From the IMG/VR virus record IMGVR_UViG_3300027887_000034, positions 1-33,483 of that record: 33,483 bases of DNA, one strand, 5' to 3'. Position numbers and translations under genes: made by a program. The notes under the pieces are model-generated. The model was not told the DNA's origin, did not search any database, and saw only the letters and a program-made list of their open reading frames with translations. The DNA comes from a virus (Duplodnaviria; Caudoviricetes). Positions 1-10,285 of the stretch are shown here, piece after piece (the first letter of the stretch is position 1; each line of letters opens with the position of its first letter).

Positions 1-164
1 TTATCTACAAGATATGTGCTTCCCTGGATAGCTACAATATATTTACCATCTATTTGGCCTGTCACATAACCTTTTTGACCCTTATATTTTACAGTATCCT
101 CAATTTGAATACTCTCATTAAGAGATTTCTTTTTTACTTCGACTTTCTTTACCTGAGCTGCCAT
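1..164 (-). CDS. Partial hypothetical protein (runs off window start)
   Basis: ATG at 164; manual translation MAAQVKKVEVKKKSLNESIQIEDTVKYKGQKGYVTGQIDGKYIV... stays open to the window edge; contains an SLNE site. Confidence 0.7.
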   Translation of the reverse strand, partial: MAAQVKKVEVKKKSLNESIQIEDTVKYKGQKGYVTGQIDGKYIVAIQGSTYLVD

Positions 165-186
165 ATTATAATCTATATTTTTATTA

Positions 187-2343
187 TTATTTCTTTGGTC
201 TCTTTAAGAAAACTTTTTTAACTTTTTTAGGTTCTTCCAAATCATTTGGATTTTTATCTTTTTCAAAGTTAGTTCTTTCAAGATTCTTATTAGGAGCACC
301 TACAGCTTCTTCTGGTTTTTCTAATGGTTTTTCTTCTACTGGGGTTTCTTCACCCGTAGGAGCTTCTTCAGCAGGAGCTTCAACTTCTGTTCCTTGGCCT
401 TCACCTTCTTGTCCTGTAGTTGCACCAAGATCTAATTCACCACCTTCACCAGCAGGTTCTTCACCAGGAGTTGCTTCTCCAGGTTGACCTTCACTACCTT
501 CTTCTTCACCTTCAGGTGCTTCAAGTTCCTTTTCAGCATCTACTTTATCAGCATAAGCTTCAAGATCATCTGCTCCTAAATCAACTTTATCTGTATCATC
601 TGAAGGTTGATCACTTATAAGTTCTGATTGGTCATCATCAAATGTAACTGCTGATGCTGCACCACCTGCAGCAGGAGCTGGCATACTAGCCATACCTACT
701 TCAGTTCCAAATTCATCACCTTCTGCACCAACTTCACCTGTTCCTTGTTCACCTTTTGCAGCCATTGCGCCTGTTGGAACAACTACTGTATAAGATTTAC
801 CAGATTGGTCATCTTGAACTGTAATATTCAAATTTTCAGCTACACTAGTGTATTCTTCAACTCTATTAAGATAGTTTTTATAATCATTCTTAATTTCTTC
901 AAGTTCTTCTGTAAGTGCAGTAATAACTGAGGATGCTGTTGGATTACTAGATCCGTAATTTGAGAATGAATCTATTTTACTTTGAATTTCATTAATGTAA
1001 TCAGAATATTCTTTCTTGGTTTCATCAATTTCAGCAAGAATCTTTTCTTTGTTAGGAAGAATATCTTCAAATGTTTTAGATACATCATATCTCATATGCT
1101 CCATCATAACTTTCTCAGCTTGAATAGGATTAATATTACGATAGAATGTAGATTTGTTATTAAGAGGATCATAAGTTGTTATGAAAATATTATCTCTTAA
1201 TTTAAATACATCAGCTGCATAGTTTTCATTTTCTTTAAGATAAACTCTTTTAACGAAATCTAATTCAGCAATTTCATCAAAGTTATTTCTTAATACATTC
1301 ATGAAATTATAGAAATCTCTATTTCCTGCCCACAAAGATGCAGCAAATCCTTCATTGAGTTGTTGTGCTTTAAAAGTTTTTCCGTTAACAATAGTTTCGG
1401 TATCTGTTAATATAGCACTATCTTCACCTACGTAAAGTTTAACATCTTTCTTAGAAACTTCAACACCTGGCATATTGATAACATCACAGAGTGATTTGAA
1501 ATCTTCATTAAGATTTGCAACTTCTTCTTTCTTTAGTTTGTTAACATTATTTCCCTTCTTCACATAGTAGGTTCCTTTAACATTAAACAGAACTTCATTT
1601 TCACCTAAATAAAGAATTGGTGAGAACAACTTTTCTTCAATATCACATGCTGCGTTAGCATATTCAAGTTGAAGTGCTGTTGCATCCAACATAACAACAT
1701 TAAGAATATCACGAATAAATGGATCATAGCTGAACTTAACCAAAGTTTCTTTTAATGAACTTTTTGATTGTTCAGTTTTATTAGTCAAATAATTATCAAC
1801 CACATCTTCAATTAACGGAATAAGATAATTGCTGCGAGTCTCTTTCATTGTTTCAATTATCTTGGTAATGTCAATATCATTCTTATATTTCTTAATCCTT
1901 TCACCTACAACGCTCAATTCTGTTTGAACAGCAGGTATGTGATTATATCCGCCGGATAATGCAGAAATGAAATCTTCATAAAGAAGAGCTTCTGAAACTT
2001 CATTGTCAAGTTTTTCTCGAAAATGTTCAAGAATAGCGGTAAGAGTATAATCGAATCTAGACTCTTTTTCTAGAAGAGTTTTTACAGCTTTACGAATGCC
2101 TATATTCTTAACGAAATAAAGTCGTTTTTGATTATTAAGCCATTCTGTAATAACTTTATCTTTAGAATGTTTTTCTAGTTCTTCAAATAAGTTATTCAAA
2201 GCAACAGATTCGATTTCTAGACGTGCTTCCGTTGACACGCCATTATAAATTGCTGAACTGATCGCAGTGATTGTAGACTCGCATACTGCTTTAACTTCAG
2301 CGTTGTCTGTGGTTTCCTTAAGATTATTAATTTTCGTAATCAT
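187..2343 (-). CDS. Large hypothetical protein with coiled-coil and acidic low-complexity C-terminus; possibly head/core associated
   Basis: 718-aa ORF with E/G/P/A-rich tail, downstream of a late-type promoter; function is inference only. Confidence 0.55.
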   Translation of the reverse strand: MITKINNLKETTDNAEVKAVCESTITAISSAIYNGVSTEARLEIESVALNNLFEELEKHSKDKVITEWLNNQKRLYFVKNIGIRKAVKTLLEKESRFDYTLTAILEHFREKLDNEVSEALLYEDFISALSGGYNHIPAVQTELSVVGERIKKYKNDIDITKIIETMKETRSNYLIPLIEDVVDNYLTNKTEQSKSSLKETLVKFSYDPFIRDILNVVMLDATALQLEYANAACDIEEKLFSPILYLGENEVLFNVKGTYYVKKGNNVNKLKKEEVANLNEDFKSLCDVINMPGVEVSKKDVKLYVGEDSAILTDTETIVNGKTFKAQQLNEGFAASLWAGNRDFYNFMNVLRNNFDEIAELDFVKRVYLKENENYAADVFKLRDNIFITTYDPLNNKSTFYRNINPIQAEKVMMEHMRYDVSKTFEDILPNKEKILAEIDETKKEYSDYINEIQSKIDSFSNYGSSNPTASSVITALTEELEEIKNDYKNYLNRVEEYTSVAENLNITVQDDQSGKSYTVVVPTGAMAAKGEQGTGEVGAEGDEFGTEVGMASMPAPAAGGAASAVTFDDDQSELISDQPSDDTDKVDLGADDLEAYADKVDAEKELEAPEGEEEGSEGQPGEATPGEEPAGEGGELDLGATTGQEGEGQGTEVEAPAEEAPTGEETPVEEKPLEKPEEAVGAPNKNLERTNFEKDKNPNDLEEPKKVKKVFLKRPKK

Positions 2344-2353
2344 AATTATTTAA

Positions 2354-3019
2354 TTAATTTTTACACTTACAATTTTCGCCATGCCATAAATAATAATTAT
2401 GCGAAAAATACTCTTTATTACAATATGGACATTTTATTTTTTTAATATTTTTTCTTTTTTCTATTTGTTCTTTGTTTAATTTTTTACCTATATTTTTTCC
2501 TAACATAGATATTCTTTTTTTGTTTTTTGTTATTTCTGATTGTGTTTTTCCTGTATGAGATATGCTTATTTTATTTTTTGTTTCATCTGAAAAAACTTGA
2601 TGTTTTCTTTTTTCTTTTATTTTATCTTTTGTTTCTTCCGTCTTTTTTAATCCTATATGTGATTTTCTCATTTTATTTAATGTTTCTTCCGTAGGATTTG
2701 TGCCAAACATATGAAATCCTTTTCTTGTGTTTGGTAAAAATTTATTATATCCATTTGGAAATAACGTATCATATTTTAAAATATATTCAGTCTCACCATC
2801 TAACATTTCATTTTTATTATCATAACATTTTAAAATTTTTTTAACAAAATATTGTTTTCCATATATTTCATAATCCTTTTTGAGAGATTTACTGGATCCC
2901 CAATAAATATCATCATCAATATTATTTTTATAACAAACATGACTGCCAACGTATTGTTTGTTTGATAATGTATTGGTTATTATATATACATAATAAAAAC
3001 ATATTGTCTTTGCCCTCAT
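2354..3019 (-). CDS. GIY-YIG homing endonuclease with NUMOD3-like repeats
   Basis: N-terminal YVYIITN...QYVGSH, YWGSS, conserved E and NGYN; repeated (S/T)EETKxKI basic repeats. Confidence 0.85.
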   Translation of the reverse strand: MRAKTICFYYVYIITNTLSNKQYVGSHVCYKNNIDDDIYWGSSKSLKKDYEIYGKQYFVKKILKCYDNKNEMLDGETEYILKYDTLFPNGYNKFLPNTRKGFHMFGTNPTEETLNKMRKSHIGLKKTEETKDKIKEKRKHQVFSDETKNKISISHTGKTQSEITKNKKRISMLGKNIGKKLNKEQIEKRKNIKKIKCPYCNKEYFSHNYYLWHGENCKCKN

Positions 3020-3063
3020 TAATTATTTTATTTTATTTATATATTTATCATCTTTTTAATTTT

Positions 3064-4425
3064 TTAGACAATTTTAATGTTCTGGATGACATCATACACC
3101 TCGGGGTTAACACTATTTGCTATTTGTATGTCGATCAACTTGTAATCAACAGTTCCGGGAAATCTAATAGGGCCGTCAGGCAGTACTACAGAATCTAATT
3201 TATTACCCACTAAATTGAAATATAATGAACCATCATTTGAATATACTACACCGCCTGAATCGTTTCTCATTTCCAATACAGCATTCACTGACATGTCTCT
3301 TAAAGGTGATAAGAAATATCCTTTGTCGACAATCATAAATGAGTTTGCGCTTATATCTCCAGTGCTAGTATCAGGTATTATCCTTACATTAGGTTCTCTA
3401 TAAACAGAAACACTAGAATCTGTTGACCATATTATAACTGGATGTCTATAATTTGTAAATGTTTCGGGTATGTTCCAAATATAATATTCATGATTAGGAA
3501 CTAATTGTTCTATTAAATGTCTTTCATTATTATTATGATGTAACCAATATGCATTTATACGATTTATAATTGCATTTTCTTTAGTGTAATCCCATTCAAT
3601 CCAAAGGGGATATCCTTTTGGAACAATAAGAGGATTATCATCTGTTCCATCTGCAGGAGAAGTTATGACTATAATTCCGTCATGTTTAGGATGTAATCTA
3701 TCAATAAGTCTATATCCTATACCTGTAATGTAATCATTTGCATTTACTTCAGTAGTAGGATCAAATACAGGTTGATATGATTCTACTTGTAAATTGAATT
3801 TTATTTTTGGAACAGTATTGTTATTTGATTCAAAAGCATATTGAATATTTTTTTCTAATGCTATATCTTCAGGAAATCCAACAGTGCAGCCTATTCTCAT
3901 TCCTTTGTAATAAACATAAAAGGTTATAGTTTTATAAAATACTTCACGTATTAATTGTTCAATTTTAAGAGAAGTTATTTGTGTGTCTGTCCAAATTTCA
4001 CATGCAAAGTTAATATTCAAAGGAATTGAATAAAGAAAAGATCTGAATGTTTGTAATTGCCCATTAACTTCTTTAAGATAATTACCTTGCACATAACGAG
4101 ATGTTGTTCGTACAGAATCTATAATAGAACCAGTGTAAGTAACAATTCCTCTTGGAATCATATCAAAATTTCCATCAACAGGTCTTGGTGCTAAACAACT
4201 ACCATAAAATGTGTAAAAATCTTGCATAAATCTTTCATCACCTGACATATTGTAATACCAAGGAACTGCAATATTTTCAGTATATTCATTTGTCCATACC
4301 TGTTGATATGATATTTTATTATTTAATATGTCTAGCAAACCTGCAATTATAGCACGAGTAAAGATATCTTCATTATTATATCTTTGGTGTAAAGCTAAAT
4401 TTAGGCCCGGAGAAAAATCTGCCAT
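3064..4425 (-). CDS. Tail sheath stabilizer/completion protein (T4 gp15-like) with C-terminal extension
   Basis: N-terminal ~220 aa follows the gp15 pattern (RAIIAGLLDILNN...IAVPWYY...IPRG...SIPLNINF..EIW); beta-rich C-terminal addition. Confidence 0.65.
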   Translation of the reverse strand: MADFSPGLNLALHQRYNNEDIFTRAIIAGLLDILNNKISYQQVWTNEYTENIAVPWYYNMSGDERFMQDFYTFYGSCLAPRPVDGNFDMIPRGIVTYTGSIIDSVRTTSRYVQGNYLKEVNGQLQTFRSFLYSIPLNINFACEIWTDTQITSLKIEQLIREVFYKTITFYVYYKGMRIGCTVGFPEDIALEKNIQYAFESNNNTVPKIKFNLQVESYQPVFDPTTEVNANDYITGIGYRLIDRLHPKHDGIIVITSPADGTDDNPLIVPKGYPLWIEWDYTKENAIINRINAYWLHHNNNERHLIEQLVPNHEYYIWNIPETFTNYRHPVIIWSTDSSVSVYREPNVRIIPDTSTGDISANSFMIVDKGYFLSPLRDMSVNAVLEMRNDSGGVVYSNDGSLYFNLVGNKLDSVVLPDGPIRFPGTVDYKLIDIQIANSVNPEVYDVIQNIKIV

Positions 4426-4437
4426 TATTACTTTATT

Positions 4438-6609
4438 TTATTTATCCTCTTTTTTTAATTGATCGTCTATGAGATCATTCATTTGTTTACTTGAGTTTCC
4501 ACCCCAAACAATTTTTAGAATCCAATTATGCCATGCATGTATATCTGCGCCATGATCAAATAAAATTTTTGCCATTTTAACATCATCATTACTGCAAGCT
4601 TCTCGTATTGCTTTTCCATCGTTTATATTTACATCAGCGCCATTTTTAAGTAAAAATTCAACTGATTCATATCGTTTTTTCTGCACTGCCCATAGTAACG
4701 CTGCTCCTTGTAATGCATTAATATCGGCGCCGGCTTCCAATAAAAGTTTCATACATTCTATACATCCTTTGTATGCAGATTGTCGTAAAGGTGCATCTTG
4801 ACTAGTGTGAATATTTACACCATCAGCAATTAAAAATTCAACAAATTCTGGTTTACCATATATACAAGATATTCTTAACATTTCTTCTTTAGTGCCTTCT
4901 CGATATTCGCCGTGTTCTTTCAGAAATTTTATTATTCTTTCTCTCATGCCAATGCCTAAATCTTTTATAGGATCGCTTTCTTCTTCGAATTTTTCATCTA
5001 AGGGCGCAGTTATTTCTTCTTTAAATTCAGGAGCTCTATAGAGTATGAAATATTTTGACCAGGTGTTTATATCTTGAGTTTCTTCCCATAACATATAACC
5101 TATTTTTTCATCTAAATATTTTTGTGAAATTTCAATTGCACTTTGTAAATCATGTAACGCAATAACAACCAATTTTAAAATACTACCTTTTAATTCAGCT
5201 TTTGTAACTACTGCGTATGTAGAACTATAAAACTGATTAAAATTTGGTCCAGACCAACCCATAGGTCGTTTATTGTGAACTATATCTCCTCGAGAAATGG
5301 TTTTCCACGGATTTCCTATATCTAAATCTTTAATAGGATCACTTTCTTCTTCAAATTTTTCAGACAAAGATTCTTTTACATCTACATGCTTATATGGATC
5401 AGCACCAAATTGTGAAAGTAATTTAACTATTTTTTTATGCCCATAATTATTTGCCATTTTAAATGCATAATCTCCTTTAGCTCGTGCATATGCTCCTGCT
5501 TCAAGTAACACCTTTACAACTTCATAGTGTCCTTCTCTTGCAGCCCATCTCATTGCAAAACTATCATCGACCTTTGGATCTGCTCCTTTTTCTAAAAGAT
5601 ATTTAACTATTTCTAGATATCCCATTGCTGCAGCACTTTTAAGAGCGTTATTTCCTACAGGACTTTTTACCTTTACGCCAGTTTCAACTAAATATTTTAT
5701 AAAATCAAGTTTTCCGTGAGTAGCGCATATATCTAAAAGAAATTTTTTCTGCGCATTATAATCCATATTTAATTCTTTTTCAATCCAGTCTTTTATTATA
5801 CGTTCCATTCCAATACCCATAGAATGTATAGGATCACTTTCTTCTTCGAATTTTTCATTTACAGATTCTTTCATCTTTTTAAATGCACAGTCTACATCTA
5901 TATTAAAATTATCTTTAAGTGCTTTTGCAATGAACTCTCTTCTATAAATATTAGCACCAAGATTTTTATCTAAATCTCGTAAACGAACTGCTTTATTAAA
6001 CGCAGCTTGAGGGTTCATTTTTGATTTAACGATATATTTTAATGTGTAATAAAATACATCAGTAAACACATGTTTCAAAATAGGCTCAGTATGTGGTGTA
6101 AAATAATCTTTGAAATAAGTATGAAATATTTGATGTGATGTTGCTTTTTCTAATTTCTTAACTATACCGCTTAAGCCTATTCCTAAATCATCTATTGGAT
6201 CACTTTCTTCTTTAAATTTTTCATTTAAAGATTCTTCTAAATCATTTCTAAACACTAATTCAAAAAATTCAGAAAAAAATGAGTAATCCCATGTCCAATA
6301 CTCACCAGTTTTTGTAGGTTCAGTTTTTAAAAAATCTTTATTTTTTGTTTCATAATAATCATATGCAATATATTTTTCGCCATCTTTATTTTCTTCACGA
6401 TCTGCTCGTCTTATAACAAGATATGTACCTTTTACATATTTTTCATCTGAAGGAAGCCCATTTCTTGTCATTCTTAAAGTTTTTTTGAATCTTAACACAT
6501 CACCTTTTTTAAGAGTATTCCAGATTGCACGTAGACCTATGCCCATGTCATGAATAGGATCACTTTCTTCTTCGAATTTTTCGTCAATATGTTTTTTAAG
6601 AATTTTCAG
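4438..6609 (-). CDS. Five-module tagged polyprotein with two ankyrin-repeat modules; probable CTG start at 6609
   Basis: Frame is open upstream of the ATG at 6546 and reads (M)KILKKHIDEKFEEESDPIHDMGIG; 5 tag copies; ankyrin repeats (ALKSAAAMGYLEIVKYLLEKGAD, PLRQSAYKGCIECMKLLLEAGAD). Confidence 0.8.
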   Translation of the reverse strand: MKILKKHIDEKFEEESDPIHDMGIGLRAIWNTLKKGDVLRFKKTLRMTRNGLPSDEKYVKGTYLVIRRADREENKDGEKYIAYDYYETKNKDFLKTEPTKTGEYWTWDYSFFSEFFELVFRNDLEESLNEKFKEESDPIDDLGIGLSGIVKKLEKATSHQIFHTYFKDYFTPHTEPILKHVFTDVFYYTLKYIVKSKMNPQAAFNKAVRLRDLDKNLGANIYRREFIAKALKDNFNIDVDCAFKKMKESVNEKFEEESDPIHSMGIGMERIIKDWIEKELNMDYNAQKKFLLDICATHGKLDFIKYLVETGVKVKSPVGNNALKSAAAMGYLEIVKYLLEKGADPKVDDSFAMRWAAREGHYEVVKVLLEAGAYARAKGDYAFKMANNYGHKKIVKLLSQFGADPYKHVDVKESLSEKFEEESDPIKDLDIGNPWKTISRGDIVHNKRPMGWSGPNFNQFYSSTYAVVTKAELKGSILKLVVIALHDLQSAIEISQKYLDEKIGYMLWEETQDINTWSKYFILYRAPEFKEEITAPLDEKFEEESDPIKDLGIGMRERIIKFLKEHGEYREGTKEEMLRISCIYGKPEFVEFLIADGVNIHTSQDAPLRQSAYKGCIECMKLLLEAGADINALQGAALLWAVQKKRYESVEFLLKNGADVNINDGKAIREACSNDDVKMAKILFDHGADIHAWHNWILKIVWGGNSSKQMNDLIDDQLKKEDK

Positions 6610-6642
6610 AATAATGAATTTATTTTATTTATTCATTCATTA

Positions 6643-7419
6643 TCACGAGTCTTTGTATAAATTATAATTCCATGAAGGAAAATTTTTATTTATTAATCTA
6701 TTTCGTATTGTCATTAAAGGAATATTTAATTTTCTATGTGCATCGTGCAAACTTTCGTAATATACATCATTTATAATTATTGATTTTCCTGGAATTTTTC
6801 TTCCTTTACTTGCTAATCCTATATTTCTGCGATGTTCCTCAGAAAATGCAGGTTTCTTTTTTCCTTTAAATTGTTTGGAAACACGTTTTCGCCCCTCATA
6901 TGATTTATTATATTCTATTAATTTTTCTCTAAATTTTTTATGTGCTAAAATTTCTTTTTCAGTATATCCGATTTCTTTAATTCGTTTTTTTCTATTTTCA
7001 ACAGCTTTTCTACACCCGTCTTTTCTAACATTAGGATCAACATTTTGTGCAAGGGTTTTCATTAACGCACAAAATTCTGGAGATCTTTTTTTACCTATAT
7101 TTGATTTTCGCCTTTTTTCAATTATTTCTTGTTTATTTGGGTGAAAAGACGTTGTATCACCACCGTTTCCTCCAAAACATATGTTATATCCATTTGGTGA
7201 AATTGAATTTAATTCATTTATCCAAAATATTTCGTACTTACATAGTTCTTCTTTAGAATAACATTCTTGCAAAATTTCTTTTTTAAAATGTTGATAGCCA
7301 TATTTCTTAATAGCCTGTTTTATAAGTTTACCCGAACCTAAATAGTTTTTTCTATTATGCTCATCTTTTCCTACATATATTTTTCCGTTTATAGAATTAA
7401 TAATTTTGTATACTTGCAT
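6643..7419 (-). CDS. GIY-YIG homing endonuclease (Seg-like)
   Basis: QVYKIINSINGKIYVGK, YLGSG, NGYNICFGGNGG, NUMOD-like repeats and a C-terminal YESLHDAHRKL helix-turn-helix. Confidence 0.88.
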   Translation of the reverse strand: MQVYKIINSINGKIYVGKDEHNRKNYLGSGKLIKQAIKKYGYQHFKKEILQECYSKEELCKYEIFWINELNSISPNGYNICFGGNGGDTTSFHPNKQEIIEKRRKSNIGKKRSPEFCALMKTLAQNVDPNVRKDGCRKAVENRKKRIKEIGYTEKEILAHKKFREKLIEYNKSYEGRKRVSKQFKGKKKPAFSEEHRRNIGLASKGRKIPGKSIIINDVYYESLHDAHRKLNIPLMTIRNRLINKNFPSWNYNLYKDS

Positions 7420-7465
7420 AATGAATCTTTTATTTATATATCATTATAGCATTTCAATTATACCA

Positions 7466-9184
7466 TTATTCTGCAATTATTATTCTATTTAAAAATTCAC
7501 TTGGAAAAGATTTTCTAGAATTATGAATTAAATCAGCAAGTGCACCGTCTAATATGTATGTAACAGCCCAATCAGTCTCGGAACGAACAGAACGCCCAGT
7601 GCCCTGTAATATATTTAGAATAGCTTTTTCGCGATACCATTCAGGATTTATCTTTAATTTAGTTGCAACAAACTTATCACTTAATGATAAATAAGGAACT
7701 TTAGCAAATATAGCAAATCTGCTCCAATCATCTTTTAAGTCCAACCCCTCAAGAAGTGATGGTCCAAGTAGCACTTTGTCTTTATTTACTTTAAGCATAT
7801 CAAGAACTTGTCGTTTTTCTTCAGTTCCATTGTATACTAAAATTCTTCTTCTATGTCTTTTAGGAATATGCTCATATATCTTCATTGCTAAATCATATGA
7901 TGCTGTATGAATTATTCCACTTTCGTGTTTATGATTTTCAAGTATTTCATCTATTTTCTTATATAGCCACGGTAAGTTTGCTTCTATTTGATTATATGTC
8001 ATTCTTCTTCTATTATAAAAATAAATAGGAGATTTTTCAAAAGAAAAATTTGAATCCATTTTTATATACTTAGCAGTATTTAATGCAATGCTTCTAAGAT
8101 ATTTAGATGGATCTGCAAATGTAGCACTCATCAATACTGTAAATCCTGTCCATTGATGAAAATACTTATGCATCATATAAGATTCTTCTAAACAATTAAA
8201 TGTAAGTTCATCTTCTCCTGTAGGATTTTTAATTATGTTTCTTGTTGAAGTTTTCTCTATAATGTCATTATAATCTTCAACTTTACAGTGAAGATCTTTT
8301 AGCCAATCACAATTTCTAAGTGCTTCTTTCCATTCTCTTGGTGGATTATCATGTGGATAATCTTCTTCAACTTTCTTTTTTAACCTTTCAACTGATGGAA
8401 AATATTCTTCAAAAGATAGTTCAATTTCTAATAATATTTCATGTAATGTATCTTGATTATCAGTTCTATATAATTTACCTATATTTGATTTAATATCGCT
8501 GAAATCTCTAATGTGATCTTTAACTTTAAATACAGCAAAGAACTCTGTAAGTTTTTCTAATTTTTCGATAGTTTTTTTATCAAATCTTGGTGAATAGTGA
8601 TTTTGAATTATATCAAGTATTTTATGCCCTTCATCACAAAAAGTCACTTGCCGTGGCGGAAAAATTGGTTCGTCTAAATGTTGATTAACATAATTTTGAG
8701 AAATTAACCAATACGCATAATTTAATAAAGAAGTAGAAGTTTTTGATGCAATATCTCGTGCATAATAATATGGGCATTCATTATAACAAGACATTTTTCT
8801 AGCTTGTATATTTCTTATCCTACAAGTTCCTAATGAATTTTTTTCATTATTATCTATGCATAAATAATTATCAATACCTTTTATTGAGCCCCAGTTTAAA
8901 TTGAATTTTTTAAAATCTTTTTCATATTGTTCTTGCAAAGATATGTCAGATGCAAGTATATAACATTTTTTATCGATTTTATTAAATATCCAAGATGCGC
9001 ACATCGCTAAAATACTTTTTCCACTTCCTACAGGCGCATCAACTATAACTGTTTTAATTCCGTTGTTATATGCATTTATAATTTCTATAATAGCTTCTTT
9101 TTGGCCTTTTCTCCATTGCCATAATTCACCTAAAAATGTAATGCGAAATTCTTCAATTAATTCATTAAGACGTAAAGAGTTCAT
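7466..9184 (-). CDS. DinG/XPD-family SF2 helicase
   Basis: Q motif RKGQ, Walker A APVGSGKS, four-Cys cluster (NYLC...C...C...CPY), DEGH, SAT, EGLD, QGTGRSVRSETD. Confidence 0.88.
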   Translation of the reverse strand: MNSLRLNELIEEFRITFLGELWQWRKGQKEAIIEIINAYNNGIKTVIVDAPVGSGKSILAMCASWIFNKIDKKCYILASDISLQEQYEKDFKKFNLNWGSIKGIDNYLCIDNNEKNSLGTCRIRNIQARKMSCYNECPYYYARDIASKTSTSLLNYAYWLISQNYVNQHLDEPIFPPRQVTFCDEGHKILDIIQNHYSPRFDKKTIEKLEKLTEFFAVFKVKDHIRDFSDIKSNIGKLYRTDNQDTLHEILLEIELSFEEYFPSVERLKKKVEEDYPHDNPPREWKEALRNCDWLKDLHCKVEDYNDIIEKTSTRNIIKNPTGEDELTFNCLEESYMMHKYFHQWTGFTVLMSATFADPSKYLRSIALNTAKYIKMDSNFSFEKSPIYFYNRRRMTYNQIEANLPWLYKKIDEILENHKHESGIIHTASYDLAMKIYEHIPKRHRRRILVYNGTEEKRQVLDMLKVNKDKVLLGPSLLEGLDLKDDWSRFAIFAKVPYLSLSDKFVATKLKINPEWYREKAILNILQGTGRSVRSETDWAVTYILDGALADLIHNSRKSFPSEFLNRIIIAE

Positions 9185-10133
9185 TTTTATCTAATATTAA
9201 AATATAATTATAATATTTGCGTGTTTCAAATTCTTTAGATTTATTTTTTTCTAAAAATTTATTATAATAATACGTACTTTTGCATTCAATTATTAAATTC
9301 AAAGACGGAATATAAAAATCTGGAAAATAAACTTTTTCCTTTCCATCAAATGTATATTTAACAGAAGGAGCATTTTGCATATCGGGATATTTATTATAAT
9401 ATTTTTCAAGAAAATCTAATTCATATGAACCACGATAATAAATATTTGTGTTTTTATATTGTTTAGCTTGAAATCCATTTATTTGTTGTTTTTTATGAAT
9501 TTCATAATTTTGAGAATTAAATATAACACCATATTTATTTTTAGTCGTTTCTTTAATTTTTTCTTTTATAATATCAGATTTAAATGCATTATCAACACCA
9601 TAAGTTTTAAATAAAGATTTTATTCGTTTTTCATTTGCTTTTTCTAGATGAGCATTTACTAAAGCTTTTTTTCTGATATTTGGTATAAGATATGAATTAG
9701 TAACACCATATTTTTCTTTAATAGTTAGTTTACATTTTTCTTGTATTTTTTTAGAATGAAAAGGTGTAACACTATCATATTTTTTTAAATTTGTTTTTTG
9801 TATTTTTTTCTTGATTTCTTCATTTTGAATGGGTGTGTTAAATCCATATTTTAAATAATTTGTATTTTTTATTTTTTCTCTTATATAAACATCATTATTT
9901 ACACATTTTTTTGAACAATATATTCTATATCCTTTTAAATTATTAAAATATGTAGGTTTACCACATATTTTGCAAATGCCGTCAGTATTTTCTTTAAGCC
10001 ATTTATCAAAATAAATTTTAATATCACCATGATATTTTTTAATATGTTTACATAATATTTCTTTATTTTTAAATTCTTTATCACATTCTTCACAAATAAA
10101 TTCTAAATTTTTATTTTTTTTAAAGTCTTTCAT
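9165..10133 (-). CDS. Putative homing endonuclease: Zn fingers, KYG repeats and C-terminal PD-(D/E)xK domain
   Basis: CxxC..H motifs, repeated T..KYG units, C-terminal YFPDFYIP...IIECKS. Confidence 0.75.
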   Translation of the reverse strand: MKDFKKNKNLEFICEECDKEFKNKEILCKHIKKYHGDIKIYFDKWLKENTDGICKICGKPTYFNNLKGYRIYCSKKCVNNDVYIREKIKNTNYLKYGFNTPIQNEEIKKKIQKTNLKKYDSVTPFHSKKIQEKCKLTIKEKYGVTNSYLIPNIRKKALVNAHLEKANEKRIKSLFKTYGVDNAFKSDIIKEKIKETTKNKYGVIFNSQNYEIHKKQQINGFQAKQYKNTNIYYRGSYELDFLEKYYNKYPDMQNAPSVKYTFDGKEKVYFPDFYIPSLNLIIECKSTYYYNKFLEKNKSKEFETRKYYNYILILDKNELFTS

Positions 10134-10225
10134 ACATTTTTATTATATATATATTCATCACAAATTGTAAAGTCATCATATAAAAATGTTTCAACAAATT
10201 CTTTAAGGGATTTTTCAATATCCAT
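10130..10225 (-). pseudogene. 31-codon ORF resembling a displaced helicase N-terminus
   Basis: MDIEKSLKEFVETFL matches helicase LNELIEEFRITFL; directly follows an AAAACTTA-N13 promoter-like element. Confidence 0.5.
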
Positions 10226-10285
10226 AATATAAGTATATCAATATTCTATGAAAATAAAGATACTAAGTTTTATAGATTAATTGAA

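Noticed and set aside
187-760. Apparent tandem repeats (ttcacc/ttcttc-rich)
   Set aside because: Explained by the low-complexity Glu/Gly/Pro coding tail.
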